The translations under genes and the position numbers were made by a program. Shown piece after piece: positions 50,585 through 60,958 of a DNA stretch of 64,000 nt. Source of the stretch: Candidatus Methanophagales archaeon. Lineage in GTDB: Archaea; Halobacteriota; Syntropharchaeia; Alkanophagales; Methanospirareceae. The notes under the pieces are model-generated. The model had not been told where the DNA came from. It did no database searches and worked only from the letters and a program-made list of their open reading frames with translations. Position 1 is the first letter of the stretch; every line of letters starts with the position of its first letter. The DNA lies in contig JAUVZJ010000002.1 in NCBI GenBank assembly GCA_030602585.1, positions 3,262 through 67,261 of the forward strand, read 5' to 3'.

Positions 50585-52690
50585 ATGATGCAGGACCTGG
50601 TAACTGAGAAATGGGAGGACTTTCTGAAGAAGTATTACTGGAACGACCTCATAGCGATGTCGAATTCATATCCTGAAAAGCGTAGTTTGTTTGTCAAATT
50701 CTCTGAAATGGACATATATGACCCGAATCTTGCAGATATGCTTTTAGAAGACCCTGACGTAGCAATAGAAGCAGCAACAATGGCTTTGAGGGAAATGGAT
50801 ATTCCTACGGGTGTTACGCTCGACGAAGCCAATCTTCGTATAATAAAGCTTCCGAGAAGGCTGAAGATAAGGGATATTAGAAGCAACGACATAGGCAAGC
50901 TGGTGGGCATAGAGGGGTTGGTGACAAAAGCGACGGAGGTGAGACCGCGGATAGTAGAGGCGGTATTTGAATGCCCTTTTTGCCACCATATCTTCTCGGT
51001 AGCGCAAAGTGGGCGGCAATTCAAAGAGCCGGTGGAGTGTGAACAGGAGAGCGGGGGATGCGGGAGAAAGGTACAGCGGTTCAAGTTAGTGGTGGACAAG
51101 TCAAAATTCGCAAATGCGCAAAAGGTAAGGTTACAGGAGTCACCAGAGGAGTTAAGAGGTGGAGAATTACCGCAAGCATTAGACGTTAATCTGGAAGACG
51201 ACATTTCAGGCGAGGTATCTCCCGGCGATCGGGTAATTGTTACCGGTATTCTCAGGTCGTATCAGCGGACGACGCAATTTGGAAAGACGCCTTTCTTTGA
51301 TATATACCTCGATGGCAATTCGCTGGAGATAATGGAGGAGGAGTTCGAAGAGATAGTGATAACAGAAGAGGACGAGCGGGAAATAATGGAGTTGAAGAAT
51401 CAGCCGGATGTGTATGAGAAGCTCATAAGAAGCATTGCTCCTTCTATATACGGCTACGAAGAGATAAAAGAGGCGATGGTTCTCCAATTGTTCGCAGGCG
51501 TTCCAAAGGAATTGCCGGATGAGACGAGGGTAAGGGGCGACATACATGTGCTCCTCGTTGGTGACCCGGGGGTTGCAAAATCGCAGCTACTCACATACCA
51601 GGTGAAGTTAGCACCCCGCGGTTTATACACGGGAGGTAAGAGCAGCAGTGCCGCAGGACTTACCGCAGCCGCAGTTAAAGACGAATTTGGAGAAGGGAGA
51701 TGGACTTTAGAGGCTGGTGCTTTAGTGCTTGCAGACAAGGGAATAGCAGCGGTGGATGAGATAGACAAGATGCGAAAGGAGGACCGGGATGCGCTACACG
51801 AGGCGATGGAACAACAAACGGTGAGCATAGCGAAAGCAGGGATAATGGCGAGGTTGAACTCAAGATGTGCTTTGTTAGCGGCTGCGAATCCTAAATTCGG
51901 ACGCTTTGATAAATACACAGCGATTGCGGAGCAGATAAATATGCCACCTACGCTATTGTCAAGATTCGACCTCATTTTTACCATGATGGACAGACCAGAT
52001 GAAGAGATGGACACGAAGACTGCGGAACATATATTAGAGACGCATTACGCAGGTGAACTGCTTGCGAGGTCTAAAAACATAGGAAAAGTGGAAGAAGAGG
52101 AAAAGGAGCGTTTCCGTGAGGCGATGCAAACAATGGAGCCAGCAGTATCCGGCGAATTATTAAGGAAATACGTTGCATGGAGTAAGAGAAATGTATTTCC
52201 GGTGATGACCGAAGAAGCGCATAAAAAGTTTTTGGACTTTTACATCGGGCTTCGCAGGCAGGGCTATGAAGATGAAGATGCTCCCGTTCCCATAACGGCA
52301 CGGCAGTTAGAAGCGTTAATCAGGTTAGGTGAGGCGAGGGCGAGAGCCCGGCTAAGTGATAAAATAACGGCTGAGGATGCTGAACGTGTGATTAATGAGG
52401 TTACATACTGCTTGAAACGTGTTTTTGTTGACCCCGAAACCGGCAAGCTGGATACCGATTGGATAACCGTTGGCACAACAAAAACCAAAAGGGACCGTGC
52501 AAGGTCTATCCGCGAGATAATAAAGGAGTTGGAGAAGGAATACGGCGAGGAAGTGCCAATAGAAGAGGTGCTTGACCTCGCAGAGGAGGAAGGGATGGAA
52601 AGAGAAAAGGCTGAGGAGATGATCGAAGTGATGAAACGAGATGGAATACTGTTTTCGCCAGGAAGCGGTGTGATTAAGTTCGTGAGGTGA
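50585..52690 (+). CDS. mcm: Replicative helicase MCM (intein-free)
   Basis: Zn finger CPFC..C..C, GDPGVAKS, DEIDKM, AAANP, SRFD, ITARQLE and C-terminal wHTH. Confidence 0.97.
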   Translation: MMQDLVTEKWEDFLKKYYWNDLIAMSNSYPEKRSLFVKFSEMDIYDPNLADMLLEDPDVAIEAATMALREMDIPTGVTLDEANLRIIKLPRRLKIRDIRSNDIGKLVGIEGLVTKATEVRPRIVEAVFECPFCHHIFSVAQSGRQFKEPVECEQESGGCGRKVQRFKLVVDKSKFANAQKVRLQESPEELRGGELPQALDVNLEDDISGEVSPGDRVIVTGILRSYQRTTQFGKTPFFDIYLDGNSLEIMEEEFEEIVITEEDEREIMELKNQPDVYEKLIRSIAPSIYGYEEIKEAMVLQLFAGVPKELPDETRVRGDIHVLLVGDPGVAKSQLLTYQVKLAPRGLYTGGKSSSAAGLTAAAVKDEFGEGRWTLEAGALVLADKGIAAVDEIDKMRKEDRDALHEAMEQQTVSIAKAGIMARLNSRCALLAAANPKFGRFDKYTAIAEQINMPPTLLSRFDLIFTMMDRPDEEMDTKTAEHILETHYAGELLARSKNIGKVEEEEKERFREAMQTMEPAVSGELLRKYVAWSKRNVFPVMTEEAHKKFLDFYIGLRRQGYEDEDAPVPITARQLEALIRLGEARARARLSDKITAEDAERVINEVTYCLKRVFVDPETGKLDTDWITVGTTKTKRDRARSIREIIKELEKEYGEEVPIEEVLDLAEEEGMEREKAEEMIEVMKRDGILFSPGSGVIKFVR

Positions 52691-52702
52691 TTTAGGGAAT
52701 AT

Positions 52703-54250
52703 TTAGACCAAAATATACCTATTTTGGGAATCTTTAATCACGAAGGGAGAAGGTTTTCTCCCTTGCATCCACGTCAATAATCCCTTTAAATCTCCGATAT
52801 CTTTGAAAAAGTTTTTATCTACTTTTTGGTATATCTCCTCCGCTGTGGCGCTTCCAAGTTCTCTTAGGATATTTTCTACGATAAAGAATCGGATATTCTT
52901 CCATTCTATTTTAGCATTATACTCGACGTTTCTAAATTCTACGTCATTTTCCAAATCCCAGAACCAGTCTATGAAATTATTCCTTGCATGTCTGAGAAGA
53001 GAAAAGTCAACGTTTTCTCTACCTTCAGCTCTTGCGAGGGATTTTGCTTCTCGTTTCAAGTTCTCTATACAGTCATTAGCTCGTATCTCTGATAAGATTT
53101 CTCTGTATTGTTCTGGCATCCTTTCACACAAAACTGTTTCTATGTCCTCTTTAATTACTTCTCGAAGTCTCTTCTCCTCTTGAGAGGATATATCTATTGA
53201 AGGCGTTTTTTGCCTCATGAAAACGACTTGCAGCCAAATATCCTCATCAATAGCCTTTGTTAAGGCATCATACTCTATTGCTGAAAACCTGCTCAAATTC
53301 GGGATAGAGACCTCGAACTCGAAGAATTTGTGAAGCATGTCCTTATGGAGTTGTCTCCCAGTGCTGTGAGATTTTATCATTGCTCCTAAGATGGAATATT
53401 CGCCTTTAAACGAAAACCTTTTTCTGCTTTCTTCATCCATGAGTTTGAAAGTTGAGCCTTCCACGGAACTCAAATAATTCCTGCCCGTAACAATCCTTTC
53501 GGCAACGTGTATCCCTATTCCACTCCCTATATCCACATTTCTACCTCTTAATCCTGATTTTGGAGGCGAAAACGACCTGTATTCCGGTGGCAACATCAGC
53601 TCCATCGTCTTGCATAATTCGTGTGCATAATCTGAGTCATCAAGAATAGATGCTAAGGAAATTCCTCCAACATCACCTAAAACAAAAGGAGAACTTACAA
53701 TAGGGGATTGTAAAGATTCTGTCAGGAGTTTTTCTGCATTGGTATTCTCCTCAATTATTTTACTGATAATTCTACTTTCAAAGGGCATGTCTACATAGAT
53801 GTAATCGCTTTCGAGTTCTTCCCAATCTTCTATTATTATTGCATATTCCCCGGTTGTGGATTTTGTGTAACTATTGAGAAGAGCAATCTTCTTAGAAGAT
53901 TTAATCCTGATTAAAGAGTAATCAGTTGGTATCTTGCCGGAAGGGAAGAAGGCTATCAAAGGATAAATAGAGCAATTTCTGAGTGCGGAGAGTCCTTTAC
54001 AGAGGTAATCTCCTTCTCCAAGATAAGTTAGCCAAGTGGACCTGATTTTGATTGGCACTGTATAATAGCACACATCCTCTAACGAAGCATGATATGGAAC
54101 ACGTTGGAAATTCTTCATCCATCCATCTATATCGTTTATTCTTTTTCTTTCAGACTTTAGAAATTCTGCATTGAGGTAACGTTCCCAAGGATATTTTTTA
54201 TCACTGTGTCTTCTCCATAGATACCATTCCTCGCTCTTTAAATGTTCCAT
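52703..54250 (-). CDS. Hypothetical protein; probable inactive MCM-like AAA+ paralogue with C-terminal wHTH
   Basis: Colinear similarity to the adjacent MCM around Walker A, sensor-1, Arg finger and lid, with catalytic residues replaced. Confidence 0.6.
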   Translation of the reverse strand: MEHLKSEEWYLWRRHSDKKYPWERYLNAEFLKSERKRINDIDGWMKNFQRVPYHASLEDVCYYTVPIKIRSTWLTYLGEGDYLCKGLSALRNCSIYPLIAFFPSGKIPTDYSLIRIKSSKKIALLNSYTKSTTGEYAIIIEDWEELESDYIYVDMPFESRIISKIIEENTNAEKLLTESLQSPIVSSPFVLGDVGGISLASILDDSDYAHELCKTMELMLPPEYRSFSPPKSGLRGRNVDIGSGIGIHVAERIVTGRNYLSSVEGSTFKLMDEESRKRFSFKGEYSILGAMIKSHSTGRQLHKDMLHKFFEFEVSIPNLSRFSAIEYDALTKAIDEDIWLQVVFMRQKTPSIDISSQEEKRLREVIKEDIETVLCERMPEQYREILSEIRANDCIENLKREAKSLARAEGRENVDFSLLRHARNNFIDWFWDLENDVEFRNVEYNAKIEWKNIRFFIVENILRELGSATAEEIYQKVDKNFFKDIGDLKGLLTWMQGRKPSPFVIKDSQNRYILV

Positions 54251-54271
54251 GAGTTTACTTTTTTATTTTGC

Positions 54272-54619
54272 TTAAATATTTAAATGGTTTTCAATCACCT
54301 TTTTATCCTCCTTCAGCCCATACAACTCATAAACCTGTTCGTCTATGCTTTTATCCAAATCCGCTATCTCTCGCTTTAAACCCTCTATTTTATCCAAATC
54401 CCCTTCGTATTCGTCCATTATCCTTTCAGCATCATCCTCAGAAGGAACTTCCATCCTCAACAAATCGTTCTTTATTATCCTATTCCCCTTCTTAAGAACC
54501 TCAAAAAGGAACTTTGCCGAACTCTCGGTCTTGAATGCAATATGGTCCTTCTTCGTTAACGCCACTTTGTATGTCATTCTTCCTTCAACGTCTTTAAAAA
54601 CATCTATTTTCAACCTCAA
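54272..54619 (-). pseudogene. C-terminal fragment of a type IIG/Eco57I-like restriction-modification enzyme
   Basis: EIADLDKSIDEQVYELYGL terminal motif; no N-terminal part present. Confidence 0.65.
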
Positions 54620-54677
54620 AGGGCTGTAAGATTCTTTTGACAGTTCTATCTACAACATGGCAGCGCATTTAAAATAA

Positions 54678-54941
54678 TCACCTCTTCTGCTCTTCTAATT
54701 TCTCTTGCAACCACAAATTCAGAAGCGTATCCGCCGATACACCGCGTCTTTTGGCGATGGCTTGAATCTTTGCCGATAATTCTTTGTCAATGGCGTAATA
54801 TGTCACTTCGGATTGAATATCTATTTCAAATTCAACAGATTTGGTCTTATCCCAATAATCGGCGAGGTCGTGGGTGTCCCAAAACTCGCCTATTTCTTTA
54901 TAGCTCTGTGCCTCCGATATGGAACTTCTATTTTTGCTCAT
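54678..54941 (-). CDS. CopG/BrnA-like antitoxin
   Basis: SYKEIGEFWDTHDLADYW...IAKRRGVS...LLNLWL. Confidence 0.8.
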   Translation of the reverse strand: MSKNRSSISEAQSYKEIGEFWDTHDLADYWDKTKSVEFEIDIQSEVTYYAIDKELSAKIQAIAKRRGVSADTLLNLWLQEKLEEQKR

Positions 54942-55005
54942 ATTTCCTCCGTTCTGCATGTGTCATATCCCGTGCTGATATGATAAGCGCTTGCTTATCC
55001 TTCAA
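54928..55005 (-). pseudogene. C-terminal remnant of a BrnT-family toxin
   Basis: KDKQALIISARDMTHAERRKYEQK*, overlapping the antitoxin start; 5' part missing. Confidence 0.65.
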
Positions 55006-55076
55006 ATAAATAGAATCGTCTATCTTTATATATTCCTCTTTTAGATAAAAGGTGTGAGATTTGACCGTGAAGAGCA

Positions 55077-56237
55077 ATGAAAAAAGTAGTGCTTGCATAT
55101 TCTGGCGGATTGGACACTTCAGTTTGCATTCCTTTGCTTAGAGAGCATTATGGCTACGACAAAGTGATTGCGGTAGTAGTGGACGTAGGACAGCCGGAAG
55201 ATGATCTAAAAGAGGCTAAGGAAAGAGGCGAGAGGCTTAGCGACATGCATAAGGTCGTAGATGCCAGGGAAGAATTCGTGCGTGATTATATTTTCCCGTT
55301 GATAAAAGCGAATGGCTGTTACGAGGGATACGTGCTTGGAACGGCAATAGCGAGACCGCTGATAGCAAAGAAAGTGGTGGAAGTTGCGAAAGAAGAAAAG
55401 GCAGATGCCGTAGCTCATGGCAGCACTGGCAAGGGTAACGACCAGCTCAGGTTCGACGCCGTTTTCAGAACCACAGACCTGGACTTAGTCGCGCCAGTGA
55501 GGGAAATGAGTTTAACGAGGGAAGAAGAGAAGCGGTATGCATCGGAGCACGGCATCTCTTTTGAAACAGAGAAGAGATGGAGCGTGGATGAAAATATATG
55601 GAACAGGAGCATAGAAGGGAGCGAGTTAGAAGACCCTTCCTTTTTCCCGCCTGAAGAGATATTTCAATGGACTGTTTCTGCGAATAAAGCACCTGAAGAT
55701 GGCGAGATTATAAAAATTGGGTTTGAGCACGGGATTCCCGTTTCGTTGAACGAGAGTAAGATGGACGGCATTTCGCTGATAAATAAGTTGAATGAGGTAG
55801 GTGGCAAGCACGGAGTTGGCAGAACTGATATGATCGAAGACCGAGTTCTTGGTTTCAAGTCAAGGGAGATATACGAGCATCCGGCTGCTACTATATTGTT
55901 AGAGGCGCATCATGACCTCGAACAGCTTATTTTAACGAGAAACGAGCTGAGGTTCAAAGAATTTGTTGATAGAGCGTGGAGTGAGCTGGTATATCAGGGT
56001 TTAGTTATGGACCCGCTTTTCGATAGTCTAAATGCCTTCGTGGATAAGACGCAGGAAAGGGTAAACGGCACGGTTTATATGAAACTGGAAAAGGGTGTTG
56101 CAAGAGTAGTGGGAAGAGAATCGCCAAACGCATTGTATTCGAAAGAAGTTTCATTTGATGTGAAGCAAGAGCAAATGATTGCGGAAGGATTTTCTATGTA
56201 TCACGGTTTTCAATCGAGGATTTTCAGTAAAAAATAA
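55077..56237 (+). CDS. argG: Argininosuccinate synthase
   Basis: [20 protein letters not shown] and KSREIYE. Confidence 0.97.
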   Translation: MKKVVLAYSGGLDTSVCIPLLREHYGYDKVIAVVVDVGQPEDDLKEAKERGERLSDMHKVVDAREEFVRDYIFPLIKANGCYEGYVLGTAIARPLIAKKVVEVAKEEKADAVAHGSTGKGNDQLRFDAVFRTTDLDLVAPVREMSLTREEEKRYASEHGISFETEKRWSVDENIWNRSIEGSELEDPSFFPPEEIFQWTVSANKAPEDGEIIKIGFEHGIPVSLNESKMDGISLINKLNEVGGKHGVGRTDMIEDRVLGFKSREIYEHPAATILLEAHHDLEQLILTRNELRFKEFVDRAWSELVYQGLVMDPLFDSLNAFVDKTQERVNGTVYMKLEKGVARVVGRESPNALYSKEVSFDVKQEQMIAEGFSMYHGFQSRIFSKK

Positions 56238-56271
56238 AATCTTCCTGATTTTATTCATAGAAGAGAATGCA

Positions 56272-57573
56272 ATGAAAGCAACAGTGCGAAGGTCAAAGAT
56301 AAAAGGCGAAATAATTGCACCACCCTCTAAAAGCTATACGCATAGAGCTATTGCAATAGCCTCGCTGGCGAAAAGAAGCGAGATTCTTTATCCTCTTATC
56401 TCCGAAGATACGAAAGCCTCGATTAACGCTGCGAAATGTTTGGGGGCAACGGTAGAGGTAGAGCAAGCGAGGAAAATAACGATAGAAGGCACTGAAGGGA
56501 GTCCGGGAACACCTGAAGACGTGATAAACGCCGAAAACTCCGGCACTACATTAAGATTCTTCACCGCTATTTCCTCTTTATGCGAAGGCGCTACTGTTTT
56601 AACAGGCGATGCTTCTTTGAGAAAGCGTCCGAATTTGCCTTTGCTTAAGTCGCTGAATGACCTTGGTTCAGAAGCGTTCTCTACAAAAGGAGATGGAACA
56701 GCGCCAATAGTGGTAAAAGGCAGGCTAAAAGGTGGAGAAACGACGATAGATGCATCCATCAGCTCGCAGTTCATCTCCGCTCTGCTCATCGCATGCCCGC
56801 TCGCAGAGAACAATTCCTATATTCTGGCAAACAATCTTTCTTCTGTGCCTTACATGAGAATGACAATCGAGGTATTAGAGAAAGCCGGGTTAGAAGTCCC
56901 TTTTTCTCGCTCGTCTAATGATTATTCTTTTCAAGTAGAAGGCGGGAAAACATACAGGTTACCGCGGTTTACGGTGCCGGGCGATTTTTCTTCCGCTTCC
57001 TATCTCTTAGCAACCGCAGCAATCACAGATTCCGAGCTGAAAATAAGGAACTTGTTCCCTTCTGCACAGGGCGATTCCAGGATAGTGGAACTATTGAATG
57101 CGATGGGCGCAGACATAAGCTGGAACAAGGAAAAAGGGATTATAGAAGTAAAAGGAGCTAAAGATGCTACGCTAAAAGGGATAAAGGTGGATATGCGCGA
57201 GAACCCGGACTTAGTGCCTACAATCGCGGTATTAGCGGCTGTTGCTGAAGGCGGCACTGAAATAACCGGTGTAGCGCATCTGAGATATAAAGAGACAGAT
57301 AGATTGAAGTTTATGGCAGAAGAGTTGAAGAAGATGGGTGCGAGAATAGAAGAGAAGGAAGACGGGTTGTTGATAGAAGGTGCGAAAAAGAAGGATTTAA
57401 AAGCGGCAAAGGTGTATTCCCACGGTGACCATAGATTGGCAATGGCTTTGTGTGTCGCTGCTCTTTCTGCCACAGGGGAAACAGTTATAGAGGATGCGGA
57501 ATGTGCTAAAGTTTCTTATCCTTCTTTCTTTGAGGATATGCTCGATTTAGGTGCCGATATGAACCTTTCTTAA
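56272..57573 (+). CDS. aroA: EPSP synthase
   Basis: PPSKSYTHR, NSGTTLRF, SSQFIS, KETDR and DHRLAM. Confidence 0.96.
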   Translation: MKATVRRSKIKGEIIAPPSKSYTHRAIAIASLAKRSEILYPLISEDTKASINAAKCLGATVEVEQARKITIEGTEGSPGTPEDVINAENSGTTLRFFTAISSLCEGATVLTGDASLRKRPNLPLLKSLNDLGSEAFSTKGDGTAPIVVKGRLKGGETTIDASISSQFISALLIACPLAENNSYILANNLSSVPYMRMTIEVLEKAGLEVPFSRSSNDYSFQVEGGKTYRLPRFTVPGDFSSASYLLATAAITDSELKIRNLFPSAQGDSRIVELLNAMGADISWNKEKGIIEVKGAKDATLKGIKVDMRENPDLVPTIAVLAAVAEGGTEITGVAHLRYKETDRLKFMAEELKKMGARIEEKEDGLLIEGAKKKDLKAAKVYSHGDHRLAMALCVAALSATGETVIEDAECAKVSYPSFFEDMLDLGADMNLS

Positions 57574-57724
57574 GAAGAAATGTTTATCGAAAATCTTTTT
57601 TGAAAAATGGAAAAACTTTTAACTACATCTATTCTATTATTATATATCACTTAAAGAGAAGAGAGGTGCATCCAAAGAAGAAAATTTGATTATGGTTTTT
57701 GCGAAGCAGAAGAGTTTTAGTGCT

Positions 57725-58438
57725 ATGAGAGGCGCTACAATAATAAGCATTGGAAATGAGATATTGAGCGGGGATATTGTAGATACCAATTCTGCATGGC
57801 TTGCAAAGAGGTTATCAGCGCAGGGTGTTGCCGTAGAAAAGATAATGGTGGTGGGTGATGACGAAGAAGCGATATGCGATGCGATAAAAAGTTGCAATTC
57901 GGATTTTGTTTTTGTCATGGGCGGGATAGGTCCGACACATGATGACGTAACGAGAGAAGGAGTGGCAAAAGGCGTGGGTAACGAGCTGGAAAGAAATGAA
58001 GAAGCGGAAAGAAAGCTGAAGGAGAAATATAGCGTAAGTGGCTTATTATTAAAAATGGCGGATATGCCAACGGGATCAGAGATTATAGAGAATCCAGTAG
58101 GTGCAGCTCCCGGTTTTAAGATTGACAATGTTATCGTTATGCCAGGGGTGCCGGAAGAGATGCGAGGTATGTTCGCGGGTATCGCCTCGCTTTTTCGTGC
58201 TGAAGATGCGATAAAGGAAGAAGAATGGATAACAACGGATAAAGGAGAGCATGAGATATTGGAAGTGTTAAACGAATCAGTAAAGAGGTTTGCAGAGGTA
58301 CAAATAGGGTCTTATCCCTACATAGACAGGAACGAGGAAGGTGGAAAGCGGGCATACAAGTCGCGTATAAAACTCCTATCCGCAGACACGGAGGCGCTTA
58401 AACGTGCGAAGAGGTGGTTAGAGGAGAGAATATGTTAG
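57725..58438 (+). CDS. CinA-like molybdopterin-binding domain protein
   Basis: IGNEILSG..VDTN, GGIGPTHDDVT and PGVPEEM. Confidence 0.88.
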   Translation: MRGATIISIGNEILSGDIVDTNSAWLAKRLSAQGVAVEKIMVVGDDEEAICDAIKSCNSDFVFVMGGIGPTHDDVTREGVAKGVGNELERNEEAERKLKEKYSVSGLLLKMADMPTGSEIIENPVGAAPGFKIDNVIVMPGVPEEMRGMFAGIASLFRAEDAIKEEEWITTDKGEHEILEVLNESVKRFAEVQIGSYPYIDRNEEGGKRAYKSRIKLLSADTEALKRAKRWLEERIC

Positions 58439-58470
58439 TTTGTGGGTTTTTGAGGTGACGTAAGATAAGT

Positions 58471-59703
58471 ATGGAAATAGAGGAAGACCCGAAGGAAGAG
58501 TTAGAGATAGGGACTTTTAATGCGAAGGACGTGCTCGTGGGGATGAAGGACATATCAGGCTCAATGTTAGACCTCGCGTATTCCGCAGTTCTGTATAGTA
58601 ACCCCGAAATAGCGAAAGAGGTGTTTAAATTAGAGGAAAAGATGCATTCTCTTTTATATAAAGTTAGAATAGCGATAATGTTAGGAGCAAGGAACTTAGA
58701 AGATGCAATTGAATTCTCGGCAATATTACAAATCGCTTCTGCCGCGGAGAAAATATCTAATGCCGCAGGGGATATAGCAAAAATAGCCACTTCCGTTGAT
58801 ATAACGCATTATCTCGACCGTGAGGATTTTGAGGAAGCGGTAATAAATGTAAGGATAAAGCCCGCATCGGTGTTGAAAGATAAGACGCTGGAGACATTAA
58901 AGATCGAGACAGAAACAGGAATGCGAGTATTAGCGATAAAAAGGGGCTCTGAGTGGATGTATTCACCGGCTAAAAACGAGCGATTGCAGGAAGATGACCT
59001 GATTATCACTTCCGGTCCTACAGAGGGGATACCTGCTTTCTGTAAAATGGCAACAGGTAAGGAATATAAGGGGGAGGAGAAGGAGGAAGAGGAGGGCATA
59101 AAAAGAAGAAAGGTAACAGAAGAAATCGCTGACCTCATCGCAGATATGAAAAATATGTCAGAGCTGATGGTTGGTCTATCGTATTCCGCAGTTACTTTTT
59201 ATAGCAAAGAGATAGCAAAGGAAGTGAAAGATTTGGAAGAGTCAATGGACCGAATGAAGGATGAGTTGGAGATACTTGTGATAGAGGCGGCGAGAGGGAT
59301 AACGAAAAAGAGTAATTTTGATGAACTCCGGGGCTTGCTTCACGTTGCTGTTTCTTCTGAAATAATATCGGATGCGGCATACGAGATTGCAGATGTAGTG
59401 CTTCGTGGCATACAATTGCATCCAGTTTTTTTGGCTTCTATCGAAGAATCAGATGAGACAGTATTGAAGATGGAAGTGAAGAACGAGGATATATTCGGAA
59501 AGACGCTAAAGGAGTTAAAAATAGAGACACGAACTGGAATGTTTATACTGGCAATTCATAGAAAAGACGGCAGATGGGTTTATAATCCTGCGGGTGATGC
59601 GGAGATAAGGAATGGCGATTTGTTAATTATGCGTGGTCCACGAGAAGGAGAGGAGAAAATGAGAGAGATTTGTGGAGAAGTTAAAGTTAAAAATACAAAT
59701 TAA
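58471..59703 (+). CDS. PhoU/TrkA-C (RCK_C) duplicated-domain protein
   Basis: Two repeats of MKxxSxxMxxLxYSAV (PhoU-like) plus IET.TGM..LAI.R (TrkA-C). Confidence 0.88.
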   Translation: MEIEEDPKEELEIGTFNAKDVLVGMKDISGSMLDLAYSAVLYSNPEIAKEVFKLEEKMHSLLYKVRIAIMLGARNLEDAIEFSAILQIASAAEKISNAAGDIAKIATSVDITHYLDREDFEEAVINVRIKPASVLKDKTLETLKIETETGMRVLAIKRGSEWMYSPAKNERLQEDDLIITSGPTEGIPAFCKMATGKEYKGEEKEEEEGIKRRKVTEEIADLIADMKNMSELMVGLSYSAVTFYSKEIAKEVKDLEESMDRMKDELEILVIEAARGITKKSNFDELRGLLHVAVSSEIISDAAYEIADVVLRGIQLHPVFLASIEESDETVLKMEVKNEDIFGKTLKELKIETRTGMFILAIHRKDGRWVYNPAGDAEIRNGDLLIMRGPREGEEKMREICGEVKVKNTN

Positions 59704-59738
59704 GATTTTAATGTAAATAAAATAATGTATGGTATAGC

Positions 59739-59812
59739 GGGGTCGTGGCCTAGTCCGGGAGGGCAGCGGGCTCCAGACTCGCCGATCGTGCGTTCAAATC
59801 GCACCGACCCCA
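59739..59812 (+). tRNA. tRNA-Trp(CCA), intronless
   Basis: GGGGTCG/CGACCCC+A acceptor, GCGGG-CTCCAGA-CTCGC anticodon arm and GTGCG-TTCAAAT-CGCAC T arm. Confidence 0.93.
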
Positions 59813-59899
59813 TTTAATTTCTTAAGTAGGCAGGGCGAAATGCGACTTTAGACATTTACTTTTAAATTTTTGGTAAAGATTTTTACGTAGTAAAAAGGC

Positions 59900-60958
59900 T
59901 TATCGTTCCTTAATTCTATCTGCAATCGTTCTTATCTCATTTGAGATCTCATTCAAACTCGCCCTTATCTTTATCAAATCTCTTGCCGCACTCCTCTTCT
60001 CTTCGTCCTCGCTCCTCGCAAACTTCGTTGATATTGCATTGATTGAACTCGATTTCTCCTCTATTTTCCCCGACGTATCATTCAACTCAAATGAAATCTG
60101 ACTCACATCCACTCCTTTACCCCCTCCTCTCGAAACATATAAATATACGAATGTCGAGCCCAATATCAAGCCCAACATTACCGACAGGATGACATAAAGT
60201 TCGAGTGGAGGCTTTTTAACCGTGGCAGAGAGCGCCTTATAATCTTTCGACAATTTAGATGCCCAACCTGGATGACCTCCTTCATATAACTCCTGTATAT
60301 GCTTTTCTAACTCGGTTTCACCAATCTTCCCTTTTGCCTCTTCCAAATTTTCCTCTATTTCGCTCTTTGCTGCTTGAATTTTTTCATTCGTTGAATAGAA
60401 CTTCATTGACGGCTCCAGCGGTTGTATAATACGTTCTAATGTCGCTCCATCCCTCGTCGTTCCAACAGTTAATTTGACATACACTTCTCGCTTTCCAATT
60501 CCATCAATTTCTTTGTACTCTACGAACCCCGGCTCTTCTACTGTTTTTATTGGCTTTGGAACCACTCCTCTTACTTCAATTACTCGCATTGGGAGCTCAT
60601 GCTCTTCCTTTCCCTTCCATACTATCACCTCTGCTGCATGATAGATGTCATCACCGAACTTCCAACTTGGTGGTCCTTCCAGGTTTGTCTCCAGTTTTAA
60701 GATATATTCATCTAAAATAGGAGCTTTCTCGACCGTATCCACATATATGGTAAAATCAAGTGTATGATCTTCAAATTGGTCGGTATTTAAAAAATCTACA
60801 TAGTATGTCTTAGTACCACCGGTATCCAGATTGAGGATATAGGAGTTATCTACATCAATCCTCAGCACATCCTGAGCTGATGCGGTTCCAACTCCAACGG
60901 ATAAAAACAAAAATGCGAATGACAAAACGACGAGTGAAGTATAAAATAAGCGCTTCAT
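59900..60958 (-). CDS. Single-pass membrane protein: signal peptide, external beta domain, TM, cytoplasmic coiled-coil hairpin
   Basis: Signal peptide ending ASA, TM LYVILSVMLGLILGSTFVYLYV, heptad-rich tail; ATGA overlap with the tubulin-like gene. Confidence 0.8.
   Translation of the reverse strand: MKRLFYTSLVVLSFAFLFLSVGVGTASAQDVLRIDVDNSYILNLDTGGTKTYYVDFLNTDQFEDHTLDFTIYVDTVEKAPILDEYILKLETNLEGPPSWKFGDDIYHAAEVIVWKGKEEHELPMRVIEVRGVVPKPIKTVEEPGFVEYKEIDGIGKREVYVKLTVGTTRDGATLERIIQPLEPSMKFYSTNEKIQAAKSEIEENLEEAKGKIGETELEKHIQELYEGGHPGWASKLSKDYKALSATVKKPPLELYVILSVMLGLILGSTFVYLYVSRGGGKGVDVSQISFELNDTSGKIEEKSSSINAISTKFARSEDEEKRSAARDLIKIRASLNEISNEIRTIADRIKER

Noticed and set aside
50585..52690. Intein in MCM
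   Set aside because: Length is 701 aa with contiguous Walker A/B regions, so there is no insertion.
59739..59900. tRNA-Trp as the attachment site of an integrated element carrying the tubulin operon
   Set aside because: No integrase or duplicated tRNA 3' end in the window, and the operon composition looks like core genes; cannot be excluded beyond the edge.
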